From: Pseudomonadota bacterium
GTDB lineage: Bacteria > Pseudomonadota > Gammaproteobacteria > Steroidobacterales > Woeseiaceae
DNA length: 32,561 nt
Direction of reading: 5' to 3'
NCBI GenBank assembly: GCA_036166115.1
Contig: JAYZHY010000032.1
Span: forward strand, 1-32,561
Part shown: positions 9,281-17,826 of the stretch, one piece after another
How the letters are laid out: every line of letters begins with the position of its first letter
How positions within the stretch are numbered: the stretch's first letter is position 1
The notes under the pieces: generated by a model
The model's input: the letters and a program-made list of their open reading frames with translations, nothing else
Databases searched by the model: none
Told to the model about the DNA's origin: nothing
Translations under genes and position numbers: made by a program

Positions 9281-11695
9281 ATGAACTCTATCAAACCCAT
9301 CAACTTGGGAGGTATCTTAACGCTTTACTTATCCATATTCTTCTCATCAACACTAGCTGCACAAGACAATTCTGAGTCCCTTCAAATTTCTCTTAATGAC
9401 AGCAAAATCATCGATGTTCAACAACGAGATTTAGATGTTGAAATTAAAATTGATGGTAAGATTGATGAAGCTGCATGGCAAGATATTACTTCGTTTGAGC
9501 GAATGAAGGTATCAAAGCCAGACACCCTTAAAGATCCCATTTACAAAAGCATTGTGCGCTTTTTCTATACAGTAGATGGCTTCTATTTTTCTGTAGAGAT
9601 GGAGCAACCCAAAAACACGTTAGTAAAACGCTTCACCAATAGAGATGATTGGAGAACTAAATCCGACAAAGTATCTGTCAGTATAGATACCTCAGGTGAA
9701 GCTAAATATGCTTATTGGATGGCATTGTCTTTGGGTGATTCAGAAGGGGATGGAACTTTACTTCCAGAAAGAAGGTATAGCATGGATTGGGACGGTGCTT
9801 GGTATGGAGCCACAGCTGAAACAGACAACGGTTGGTCTGCTGAGTTCTATATCCCGTGGTCACAGATGGCAATGCCTAAAAAAACCGGTGATCGAATTAT
9901 TAATATTGAAACTCACCGCATGGTGGCTCATCTTAATGAAGAGTGGTCTTGGCCGCCACTCCCAGATTCTATCCCGCAATTTTTGAGTCTTTTCCAACCC
10001 ACAAGAATGAATAACGTAAACCTCAAGCAACAATGGAGTATCTTTCCATATATGTCAGTCACACGTGATCGGATTGATGATAAGACCGCATATCAAGCTG
10101 GGGCTGATTTCTTTTGGCGTCCCTCAACCAATGCGCAAATTACAGCAACTATTAAACCTGATTTTGGAGCTGTTGAGTCTGATAATGTAATCGTCAATTT
10201 GACCGCAAACGAGACATTCTTTCCTGAAAAAAGATTGTTCTTCCAAGAAGGAAATGAAATCTTTAACGCCACACCTAGATCGGGACATCATGGGGGGCGG
10301 AACCGTTTTACTGTTATCAACACGCGCCGCATTGGCAGTGCGCCAGCACTTCCTGAATTGCCTGAAAATGTAAGTATTTCACCTCGAGATCAAAAAACTA
10401 CAAAAGCAGATCTAATCGGTGCGCTTAAAACCACGGGCCAATACAAAAAACTGCGTTATGGTGTATTGACAGCCTTCGAAGAGGATACTAATTATCGAGC
10501 AGATAACAACCAAATATACAGTCAAGTTGGACGAGACTTTGGGGCACTGCGGTTACTTTACGAAGACAGCGAGCAGGGAGACATCAAAAGCCTCGGTTTA
10601 TTATCAACCATAGTGACTAAACCAATCAGTGATTCGGTGGTGCATGCCATGGATTTCCATTACTTAACTGCATCCGGTGCTTGGAAGCTTGATGGTCAAT
10701 ATATCAATTCTGATACAGCTGACGGCAAAGGGAATGGGGGTTACACGGATATTTCATTCACGCCAAAACGAGGAAAAAAACACGATTTAAAACTGACCGT
10801 TTTTGATAAAGGCATGCAGGTCAATGACTTTGGTTATAACCAAAGAAACAATATACGTGACGTCCAATATAATAATAATTTTATTAACTCGAATACAGGT
10901 CGATTTAAAAATAGAGTAATCAGAAATTGGTTTAGGTATGGAGAAAACCTTAATGGCCAACAAGTGACCGGTGGTTTTGGCTCAGGGGTAGAGCTGCTAT
11001 TTAATAACTTACATGAAATTAAAACTGGTTTTGCTTATTTTCCGGCTCGTTATGAAGATAGAAATAGTTTTGGTAACGGGACTTATAAAATCAAACAACG
11101 CAATCGATTTGAATTTGAATATTCCACGAATGAAGCTAAGAAAATATCAGTCAAAGGGAAAATAACTTATCAGGATGAGAGTTTATATGATGGAAAACTG
11201 ACTTCTAAACTGGAAATGCTGTGGTATTTAAAAAGCAATCTAAGTATTGACGCCGAATTAGAATATGTTGAAGCAAGCGGCTGGTTATTACACCAAGAAG
11301 ACACTAATTTTACAACATTTCGGGCGCAGAAATGGCAGCCTGAGATCAAGCTCAATTATTTTGCCACCGCAAAGCAACAACTAAGTCTCAACCTTCAATG
11401 GGTGGGGATTCAAGCTAATGAAGATAAATTCTATATCATCAATAATGATAATCTCAATCTAATAGAAACGACAAAGCCAGCTGGTGACTCTGATAATTTT
11501 AGTATCTCTCAATTGAATATTCAATTTCGTTATCGCTGGCAAATAGCACCTCTCTCTGATCTTTATATCGTTGCCACCAAAACTGGTTCAAACAGAAGTA
11601 CGCTAACTTCATTCAACGAATTATATGAGGACACTATGGACAATCCGCTCAGCGATCAGATTATTTTGAAGATTCGCTACCGTTTTGGATCTTGA
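9281..11695 (+). CDS. Secreted CBM9-like / DUF5916-like protein (paralog 2)
   Basis: 804 aa, colinear with the upstream gene over the full length. Shared blocks include IDGKIDE..WQDITS, DWDGAWY, FQPTRMNNVNLKQQWS, FWRPSTNAQITATI.PDFGAVE and LSDQIILK.RYRFGS. It has a signal peptide (LSIFFSSTLAAQD). Confidence 0.6.
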   Translation: MNSIKPINLGGILTLYLSIFFSSTLAAQDNSESLQISLNDSKIIDVQQRDLDVEIKIDGKIDEAAWQDITSFERMKVSKPDTLKDPIYKSIVRFFYTVDGFYFSVEMEQPKNTLVKRFTNRDDWRTKSDKVSVSIDTSGEAKYAYWMALSLGDSEGDGTLLPERRYSMDWDGAWYGATAETDNGWSAEFYIPWSQMAMPKKTGDRIINIETHRMVAHLNEEWSWPPLPDSIPQFLSLFQPTRMNNVNLKQQWSIFPYMSVTRDRIDDKTAYQAGADFFWRPSTNAQITATIKPDFGAVESDNVIVNLTANETFFPEKRLFFQEGNEIFNATPRSGHHGGRNRFTVINTRRIGSAPALPELPENVSISPRDQKTTKADLIGALKTTGQYKKLRYGVLTAFEEDTNYRADNNQIYSQVGRDFGALRLLYEDSEQGDIKSLGLLSTIVTKPISDSVVHAMDFHYLTASGAWKLDGQYINSDTADGKGNGGYTDISFTPKRGKKHDLKLTVFDKGMQVNDFGYNQRNNIRDVQYNNNFINSNTGRFKNRVIRNWFRYGENLNGQQVTGGFGSGVELLFNNLHEIKTGFAYFPARYEDRNSFGNGTYKIKQRNRFEFEYSTNEAKKISVKGKITYQDESLYDGKLTSKLEMLWYLKSNLSIDAELEYVEASGWLLHQEDTNFTTFRAQKWQPEIKLNYFATAKQQLSLNLQWVGIQANEDKFYIINNDNLNLIETTKPAGDSDNFSISQLNIQFRYRWQIAPLSDLYIVATKTGSNRSTLTSFNELYEDTMDNPLSDQIILKIRYRFGS

Positions 11696-11784
11696 TTTGA
11701 CAAATATAACAGCTAGCTTTATTGCATTTATTTTTCTCTACGTGATAAGTTAATACTTAATATTATTTAACTAGAGATACAAAA

Positions 11785-12303
11785 TTGAGCGAAAATACAA
11801 AATTAAAAGAGATGTTAATAAACTACGCATCATCTCATCAACACAAAATCAACGTTCTATTTCATTTAATTGGTATTCCAACGATCATGCTGGGTATCTG
11901 TATACCTCTTAGTTGGTTAAATTACGAGGTCTTCGGCCAATCCTTCACCGCTGCTCATGCAGTCATATTTGGTTTATTTCTCTTTTATATGACACTAGAT
12001 ATAGCTTTCTCAATTGTTTTTCTCATACTGGGATTATTGATTAATCAGTACGCAATTAACTTAAGCTTGCAATCATCTGCTGGAACTATTGCTGCAATAG
12101 CTTTTTTTGGTGGTTACACATTACAATTTATCGGACATGCAATCGAGAAATCCATGCCTGTTCTAGTTAAACACCCAATCCAGGCAAATATCGCTGCGCC
12201 GTTTTTTGTGATTGTGGAAATCTTTGGAATCCTTAAACTGAGACAAGATTTATTTGAAGAAATAAATCTTCTTGTTCAACATCACAGAGAAAAAGAGAGT
12301 TGA
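11785..12303 (+). CDS. DUF962 / Mpo1-like membrane protein
   Basis: 172 aa with a TTG start. YASSHQHKINVLFHLIGIP near the N-terminus, a later GH..E motif (FIGHAIEKS) and 3-4 hydrophobic helices fit the Mpo1/YGL010w-like family as I remember it. Confidence 0.55.
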   Translation: MSENTKLKEMLINYASSHQHKINVLFHLIGIPTIMLGICIPLSWLNYEVFGQSFTAAHAVIFGLFLFYMTLDIAFSIVFLILGLLINQYAINLSLQSSAGTIAAIAFFGGYTLQFIGHAIEKSMPVLVKHPIQANIAAPFFVIVEIFGILKLRQDLFEEINLLVQHHREKES

Positions 12304-12339
12304 TTGTCTTAATATAAAAAGAAAGATTGAGGGGTTACT

Positions 12340-12414
12340 ATCAAAAACAAAAAGAATAAATCCAAAAGAATAACAAGGCGTGCCTTTATTGGAACGTCAG
12401 CTGGTGCCGCTGCA
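12340..12414 (+). other. In-frame twin-arginine leader upstream of the tracked start of the ThDP enzyme; no ATG/GTG/TTG is available
   Basis: The codons between the in-frame TGA (12328-12330) and ATG 12415 read G V T I K N K K N K S K R I T R R A F I G T S A G A A A. TRRAFIG is a near-consensus Tat motif. GAGGGG (12329-12334) sits 5 nt upstream of ATC 12340. Confidence 0.55.
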
Positions 12415-14244
12415 ATGCTAGGTAATGGCGCTAATTCGAAGGAATCAATACAATCCGATCAAAAAATAACTGCTCCAGCACCCTCAAAATCCGAGCTTGA
12501 TCGAGATGTTGGGAGCACTGCACCACCAAATAAAATCTTAAGAGCAGCTCAACGCCCCGGATCCGACTTAATGGTTCAAACATTAAGAGATCTCAATATA
12601 GAATTTATTGCTGCAAATCCTGCATCCAGTTTTGAAGGACTCCAAGAATCCATTGTAAATTATGGAACTCCTCCAAATACTATGCCAGAACTTATAACTG
12701 CGCTTCATGAGGAATCTGCTGTAGATATGGCGCATGGTTATGCAAAATCTCAAGGTCACCCTATGGCGGTTATGCTACATGGTACAGTTGGATTGCAACA
12801 CGCGTCCATGGCGATTTATCAATGCTATCACGATAAAACCCCCGTAGTTATAATAGTCGGTCGTGATGATAAATTTTTTCGACAAGAACAAACTGCAAAT
12901 GATATTGCCGGACTGACACGAGCATTTACAAAATGGGACGCCCAACCAACTACCCTTAAAGGCGCGTTAAGCGACATTCAGCAAGCTTTTAATGAGGCGA
13001 TCACGCCGCCAATGGGGCCAACAATTGTTGTCATTGACGTTGAGTTGCAGAAAGAAGAAGCTGGAGATTTAAAAATACCAAGCTACAAACCTCCAATTTT
13101 TCAAGCTATTAGCAAAAAGGAAGCAAAACAAATAGCACAAAACCTACTTAAAGCAAATAACCCAAGACTCCAAGTTGGCAAACTAAGAACGCCAAATGGC
13201 ATTGAGAATGCGATTAAATTAGCAGAATTATCAGGTTGCTCGGTAAGAACAGCTGCTACAGGCGGACCCATGAGCTTCCCAGAACGTCATCCGCAATGTG
13301 GCAAAGGTCAAGATGATAATTATGATTATATCCTGGGTTTAGAATCCGATGGTAGGGACACATCAATTCAAGGTCCAACATTGCTCTCAAATGCTAATAA
13401 TAGAGATTTATCTGATATTGGTTTTGGTTTCATTAGAGAACCAGTTGTTCCGCCAAGGAGGGATCTCTCCGGAAATAATGATATAACCTCTGACGCTGAA
13501 GTGAGCATCCCAATTATCATTGAACAATTTAAACGTATTCAAGCAAAAGAAGATGTAAATACTATCGCCAACAGACGAAAAATACTTGCTACTGCAAACT
13601 CACAGAATTACCGACAAGCTCTAAAAGTAACGCTTGAGAAAAAAAGAAAAGGATGGAATTCAAGTCCAGTGAGCCTGGCAAGGCTATATTCTGAGTTATG
13701 GCCACTTATCAAAGATTTAGATTGGTGCCTTTCATCGCCAACTGTTTTTTCAAGCAGGCATCACATTGGGCTATGGGATCACAATAAACCATACAGCTAT
13801 CTCGGCATGCATGGTGCCGGAGGTATTGGTTACTGTATAGGTGCTTCTGCTGGAGCAGGTCTAGCTGCCAGAAGTCGTGATAGGATTGTGATCAATATTC
13901 AATGTGACGGCGATCTGAATTATACACCAGGATCTTTGTGGACGGCAGCACATCACAACCTCCCTTTATTAACCATTATGCATAATAACCGAGGATATCA
14001 TCAGGAAGTCATGTATCTGCATTATATGGCTGGCGTCCGAGGAAGAGGCACTGATCGTATGCACATTGGTACGACTCTGCGAGAACCGTTTATCGATTAC
14101 GCTAAGTTAGCAGAAGCTTATGGGGTGCAGAGTGAAGGTCCAATAGATAACCCTGAAAACCTTACAGCCGCTTACAATCGAGGTATTGAATCCGTTTTAT
14201 CAGGCAAGCCATATCTAATTGACGTAATAACAGAACCAAGATGA
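12415..14244 (+). CDS. Thiamine-diphosphate-dependent enzyme (acetolactate synthase/pyruvate oxidase superfamily), probably Tat-exported; the true start is likely upstream (about 12340)
   Basis: 609 aa from the tracked ATG. The N-domain carries the catalytic-Glu region (ALHEESAVDMAHGYAK). The C-domain carries the ThDP/Mg motif CDGDL-(X)-MHNN (x-D-G, 24 residues, N-N). The stop overlaps the next start (ATGA at 14241-14244). Confidence 0.8.
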   Translation: MLGNGANSKESIQSDQKITAPAPSKSELDRDVGSTAPPNKILRAAQRPGSDLMVQTLRDLNIEFIAANPASSFEGLQESIVNYGTPPNTMPELITALHEESAVDMAHGYAKSQGHPMAVMLHGTVGLQHASMAIYQCYHDKTPVVIIVGRDDKFFRQEQTANDIAGLTRAFTKWDAQPTTLKGALSDIQQAFNEAITPPMGPTIVVIDVELQKEEAGDLKIPSYKPPIFQAISKKEAKQIAQNLLKANNPRLQVGKLRTPNGIENAIKLAELSGCSVRTAATGGPMSFPERHPQCGKGQDDNYDYILGLESDGRDTSIQGPTLLSNANNRDLSDIGFGFIREPVVPPRRDLSGNNDITSDAEVSIPIIIEQFKRIQAKEDVNTIANRRKILATANSQNYRQALKVTLEKKRKGWNSSPVSLARLYSELWPLIKDLDWCLSSPTVFSSRHHIGLWDHNKPYSYLGMHGAGGIGYCIGASAGAGLAARSRDRIVINIQCDGDLNYTPGSLWTAAHHNLPLLTIMHNNRGYHQEVMYLHYMAGVRGRGTDRMHIGTTLREPFIDYAKLAEAYGVQSEGPIDNPENLTAAYNRGIESVLSGKPYLIDVITEPR

Positions 14245-14669
14245 ATCAAGTTATAACGAAAATCATAAATAAACGAGCATGGATTATAATTTTTCTAGGT
14301 TTTCCGATCTTTGCCGCTTCTGCTGACCTAGATAATGGGGTTTCACTCTATCTGGATCATGGGTGTTACAGCTGTCACGGATACAATGGAACTGGCAGAT
14401 ATCCATTGGCAAATGATGTCAGTGGGATTATGACCAGCGAAGAACTTTTTATTATCTTCTTACGATTAAGAGCAGATTTGAACCCAATGACCCCAACAAA
14501 CAGTATGCCAAATTATAGCGAATCGGTTATTAGTGACAAAGAAGCCAAAGATATATACGCTTATATGAAAACTTTTAAAGACGATCCACCGGAAATTGAA
14601 AATATACCCGTGCTCAAAGAAATTCTAGACAATGCAAACAGGAACCAAAATGATGAACAAAATAAGTAA
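14241..14669 (+). CDS. Monoheme class-I c-type cytochrome, secreted
   Basis: 142 aa. It has a signal peptide (AWIIIFLGFPIFAASA), a single CXXCH heme-attachment site (CYSCH) and a downstream Met-Pro (NSMPNY) that is a candidate axial ligand. Confidence 0.8.
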   Translation: MNQVITKIINKRAWIIIFLGFPIFAASADLDNGVSLYLDHGCYSCHGYNGTGRYPLANDVSGIMTSEELFIIFLRLRADLNPMTPTNSMPNYSESVISDKEAKDIYAYMKTFKDDPPEIENIPVLKEILDNANRNQNDEQNK

Positions 14670-15900
14670 AATTTTAAAACTATTCTTCACATCTTTACTG
14701 ATAATTTATTTTTACCAGCCTCTGATGGCACATCACTCAGCAGTGGCTTTCGATAAAACTAAAACTGTGACCATTTCTGGAACAATAACTCGATCAGTAT
14801 GGCGCAATCCGCATATGGCCATCAATATGGATGTAACAAATGACGATGGCAGCTCAGATTTATGGAAAATTGAAGGGCCTGGTACAACTATTCTCTCTGG
14901 ACAAGGCTTTAATAAAAAAATGTTAACCGATGCCACAAAGTCAAAAGAAAATATTACTGTAACTGTTCATCCTCTTCGGACAGGTGCCCCAGGAGGATTA
15001 CTGCAAAAAATTACGCTTGCAAATAGTGAGACATACACAGTTGGCGAAGATTACGAAGAAGTGGCAACGAATGTTCAAGAAAGAATTATTCCTTCGCTTG
15101 TAGAATGGTCACCACCTCCAGAGGGTGAAACTATACAAGAAAGAGAAGCAAAAACTCGACCAAAACAGCTGCCATTATTGGCAAACAGCCCTCGTCAAAC
15201 AAGTTTGGGGGCACTTGACCCAGAAAATCTTAATAAAAAGAGGCCTCCTGCACCCTTTGATGTAACTGGTATATGGTCTTTTAGAGGCGAAGACAGAGGG
15301 GAAACAAACTATACATCGATGTATGGTTCTTATGAGTTCAAACCACATCCAAAATTTACTGAAAAAGGTCGCAAAACTCTGGACGAGTATCTCAGCTTTG
15401 CTCGTGCTGGTAAGCGATATTATGAGCCAACGGCAAGGTGTTATCCCGCTGGGATGCCTCGCCTAATGACTCGTTATGGTGCATTAATGATGCTGCAATA
15501 CCCTACTGCAATTTACATGGTTTCCAGGCTTAATAACGAATACAGAGTTATTTGGCTGGATGGTAGAGATAGAGAACCCGTTGATACTCGCGACAACAAT
15601 TGGAATGGCGAATCCATAGGTCATTGGGAAGGCGACACCTTGGTTGTAGAGACGCTTGGATTTACCGATGAAAATCATTTAATTCAACAAGGCATCTTTA
15701 CTGGCGATCAATTAAAAATAGTTGAACGTTACTCTATGCTAAATGATGGAAATACCTTACAAATTGATTTCACAATGACTGACCCAGAACACTGGGAAGG
15801 GGAATGGAAGCATACAAAATTTAGAGATCTAACATTACGCGCCGATATCAGGGAAGCAAATTGCATTGCGGCTGATAATGAATTACTGCCAGGTATGTAA
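14650..15900 (+). CDS. Secreted two-domain protein: N-terminal HHS domain (DUF6152-like) + linker + C-terminal two-cysteine domain (called X here)
   Basis: I prefer ATG 14650 (AGGA 7 nt upstream) to the tracked 14632. Signal peptide KILKLFFTSLLIIYFYQPLMA, then HHSAVAFDKT..W.NPH. After a ~65-aa low-complexity linker comes GIW...CYPAGMPRL...RVIWLDGR...GHWEGDTLVVET...ANC. The DUF6152 name is from memory. Confidence 0.7.
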   Translation: MMNKISKILKLFFTSLLIIYFYQPLMAHHSAVAFDKTKTVTISGTITRSVWRNPHMAINMDVTNDDGSSDLWKIEGPGTTILSGQGFNKKMLTDATKSKENITVTVHPLRTGAPGGLLQKITLANSETYTVGEDYEEVATNVQERIIPSLVEWSPPPEGETIQEREAKTRPKQLPLLANSPRQTSLGALDPENLNKKRPPAPFDVTGIWSFRGEDRGETNYTSMYGSYEFKPHPKFTEKGRKTLDEYLSFARAGKRYYEPTARCYPAGMPRLMTRYGALMMLQYPTAIYMVSRLNNEYRVIWLDGRDREPVDTRDNNWNGESIGHWEGDTLVVETLGFTDENHLIQQGIFTGDQLKIVERYSMLNDGNTLQIDFTMTDPEHWEGEWKHTKFRDLTLRADIREANCIAADNELLPGM

Positions 15901-15916
15901 GAATTAAGGAAATACT

Positions 15917-16948
15917 ATGTTTAACAAGAAACGATTAACCATATATTGTTATTTATTAAGCCTATTCTTTATATTTAATAATTCTTTTGTTCAAGCACAT
16001 CATTCTCACGCCAATCTTAACAGAGAAGACATAAGAATCTACAGCGGTGTCGTGACAAGATACAGCTGGACCATGCCTCATGTGTTTCTAAAAGTAAAAG
16101 CGCCTGATCAATCTGGCGAGGTGGTTGAATACAGTATTGAAATGCTGCATCCGCCTGCCATGGCTAAACGAGGTTGGAATAAAACGAGTTTCAGGCAAGG
16201 GGATCTCATTACTTGGGAAGGACCTCATGACTTTAATGAATCAAGACATTATACCGGATTGAGTTGGGCAGAAAGGAATGATGGTTCTCGGCTTTCAATG
16301 ACTGAACAAGAAGAAGGAGAAATCAATCCTTCTACCGACTTTTCAGGTTTATGGAAAAGATCCGATTACGACCCAGAGACAGGAAAAGCAAAATTTAATC
16401 CTCATTACAAACCGCCAAAAGGTTGGCCGCTTACAAAAGTCGGTCAAAACTTGGTTGATAATTTCCATGAAGATCAAAATCCCATGGTTAACTGCGGTAA
16501 CCCTGGCCCACCCAAAGCCATGATTGTGCCTTACCCAGTAATGATAACGAGGCCTAATGATGAAACGATTGTGTTTGAGAGAGAATTAATGCAAACAGCT
16601 AGAGTTATTCATTTGGATCACCAAAAAGAGAAGGGTGCCCCATCAAAACTTGGGCACTCAATCGGACGGTTTGAAGATGGCGGCTTGATTGTTAAAACCG
16701 ATAATTTTGTTGATGATCCATGGGGATCGCATACGGGTATAGATTCCAGTAAACAAAAACACTTAACTGAGAAATTTACTCTATCAGAAGACGGTTTGTT
16801 CTTATATGCAGAAATTACTGTTGATGATCCTGTGTATTTATCAAAACCACATACCTTTTATCATCGTTGGAAAAAGATTGCTGACCGTGAAGTCATTCAA
16901 GCGCCATGCACAATGGAAAGCGCAAAATTATACCTACAAGGCGGATAA
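15917..16948 (+). CDS. Secreted two-domain protein, paralogous architecture (HHS domain + X domain)
   Basis: 343 aa with AAGGA upstream. Signal peptide ...FVQA, then HHSHANLN...W.MPH. The C-terminal half has GLW...NCGNPGPP...RVIHLDH...GRFEDGGLIVKT...APC, colinear with the preceding gene but strongly diverged. Confidence 0.7.
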   Translation: MFNKKRLTIYCYLLSLFFIFNNSFVQAHHSHANLNREDIRIYSGVVTRYSWTMPHVFLKVKAPDQSGEVVEYSIEMLHPPAMAKRGWNKTSFRQGDLITWEGPHDFNESRHYTGLSWAERNDGSRLSMTEQEEGEINPSTDFSGLWKRSDYDPETGKAKFNPHYKPPKGWPLTKVGQNLVDNFHEDQNPMVNCGNPGPPKAMIVPYPVMITRPNDETIVFERELMQTARVIHLDHQKEKGAPSKLGHSIGRFEDGGLIVKTDNFVDDPWGSHTGIDSSKQKHLTEKFTLSEDGLFLYAEITVDDPVYLSKPHTFYHRWKKIADREVIQAPCTMESAKLYLQGG

Positions 16949-16955
16949 GAAATAA

Positions 16956-17786
16956 CTACATATCATTCTTATTGATTTTCATAGAAGCCACCAAGCAACC
17001 GCAAGCAAATTCTGGGATAGGTTTGTAAAAATAAATTTTTCCTTTTCCTCCTGCAGCACCTGCCACAGCAATTGATGTTCTTATTTCAAATGCGCCTTGA
17101 CCTGCTTTTGCTAAAATATCTTCATCTTTGTAATCAGTCATTGCACAACGATCATTCTTTTGCCAGTTACTAAGAAACTCCCTGTCCCATTCCTCATTTA
17201 TTTTGCCGCTATCAGGAGTGCATGGCCAATGTGAAGTCCCACCGGTACCAATTAAAGCTATTCTCTCTGGAATGCTTTCAAAAACTTCTCTAATAGCGAC
17301 ACCAAATTTATAGCTTCTGGAAAAAGGTGTTAAAGGAGGAGATTGACAATTTATATTGGCGGGGATGATTGGAATATCATAACTTGGTGTGAGGTGATGC
17401 AAAGGCACCATCATACCGTGATCAAATTTCCACTCCTCTGAATAAGAAACATCAATTTCATTTAAGAGTAACGAAATTATCCTTTTTGATAGCTCTGCAT
17501 CACCAGGTATTCTTACTTTCTCTATACCTAACCACTGTGAATCTTCAATTGGTCCTTCATAATATTGCCCCATTCCAATCGCATAGGTTGGCATATTATT
17601 ATTGAAAAAATTTGCATAATGCTCTGCAGAAATTATGAATATAGCATCAGGCTCCACTTCTTCAATTTCTCTTTTGAGTCGAGAAAATTGAATTTTTAAT
17701 TCAGCAAGATCATTTTGATTGGCTGCTTCTGGACGGCTGGTAATTCCAGGAGCATGGCAACAAATTCCCGCATACACCAGACTCAT
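16956..17786 (-). CDS. Class-III extradiol ring-cleavage dioxygenase (LigB/MhpB family)
   Basis: 276 aa. CCHAPGI (N-terminal metal His), IISAEHY, KFDHGMMVPL and IGTGGTSHWP match the LigB-family Fe(II)-ligand and active-site blocks (compare MhpB LSHSP, APDHY, VDHG, GSGGLSH). Confidence 0.75.
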   Translation of the reverse strand: MSLVYAGICCHAPGITSRPEAANQNDLAELKIQFSRLKREIEEVEPDAIFIISAEHYANFFNNNMPTYAIGMGQYYEGPIEDSQWLGIEKVRIPGDAELSKRIISLLLNEIDVSYSEEWKFDHGMMVPLHHLTPSYDIPIIPANINCQSPPLTPFSRSYKFGVAIREVFESIPERIALIGTGGTSHWPCTPDSGKINEEWDREFLSNWQKNDRCAMTDYKDEDILAKAGQGAFEIRTSIAVAGAAGGKGKIYFYKPIPEFACGCLVASMKINKNDM

Positions 17787-17826
17787 AAAAAGATCATCTT
17801 GTTAGCATTTATTTTAAACATAATGC

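Noticed and set aside
6824-11695. The tandem paralogs considered as an assembly duplication or repeat collapse artefact
   Set aside because: The copies differ at many nucleotide and amino-acid positions along their whole length, and each has its own distinct signal peptide.
11697-11725. Perfect -35 hexamer TTGACA just after the stop of the second DUF5916-like gene, considered as a promoter for the DUF962 gene
   Set aside because: At 16-18 nt spacing the candidate -10 elements are TTATTG, TATTGC and ATTGCA. None has the critical final T, so the call is not supportable.
11711-11745. AGCTAGCT self-complementary octamer followed by T-rich sequence, considered as an intrinsic terminator
   Set aside because: A perfect 8-mer palindrome without a loop cannot form a stable hairpin of terminator quality, and the T-tract is interrupted.
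14632-14649. Tracked start ATG 14632 for the first HHS+X protein (MQTGTK...)
   Set aside because: No Shine-Dalgarno-like sequence lies upstream, and it adds polar residues before the signal peptide. ATG 14650 has AGGA at a good distance and gives a normal n-region (MMNK). I cannot exclude 14632.
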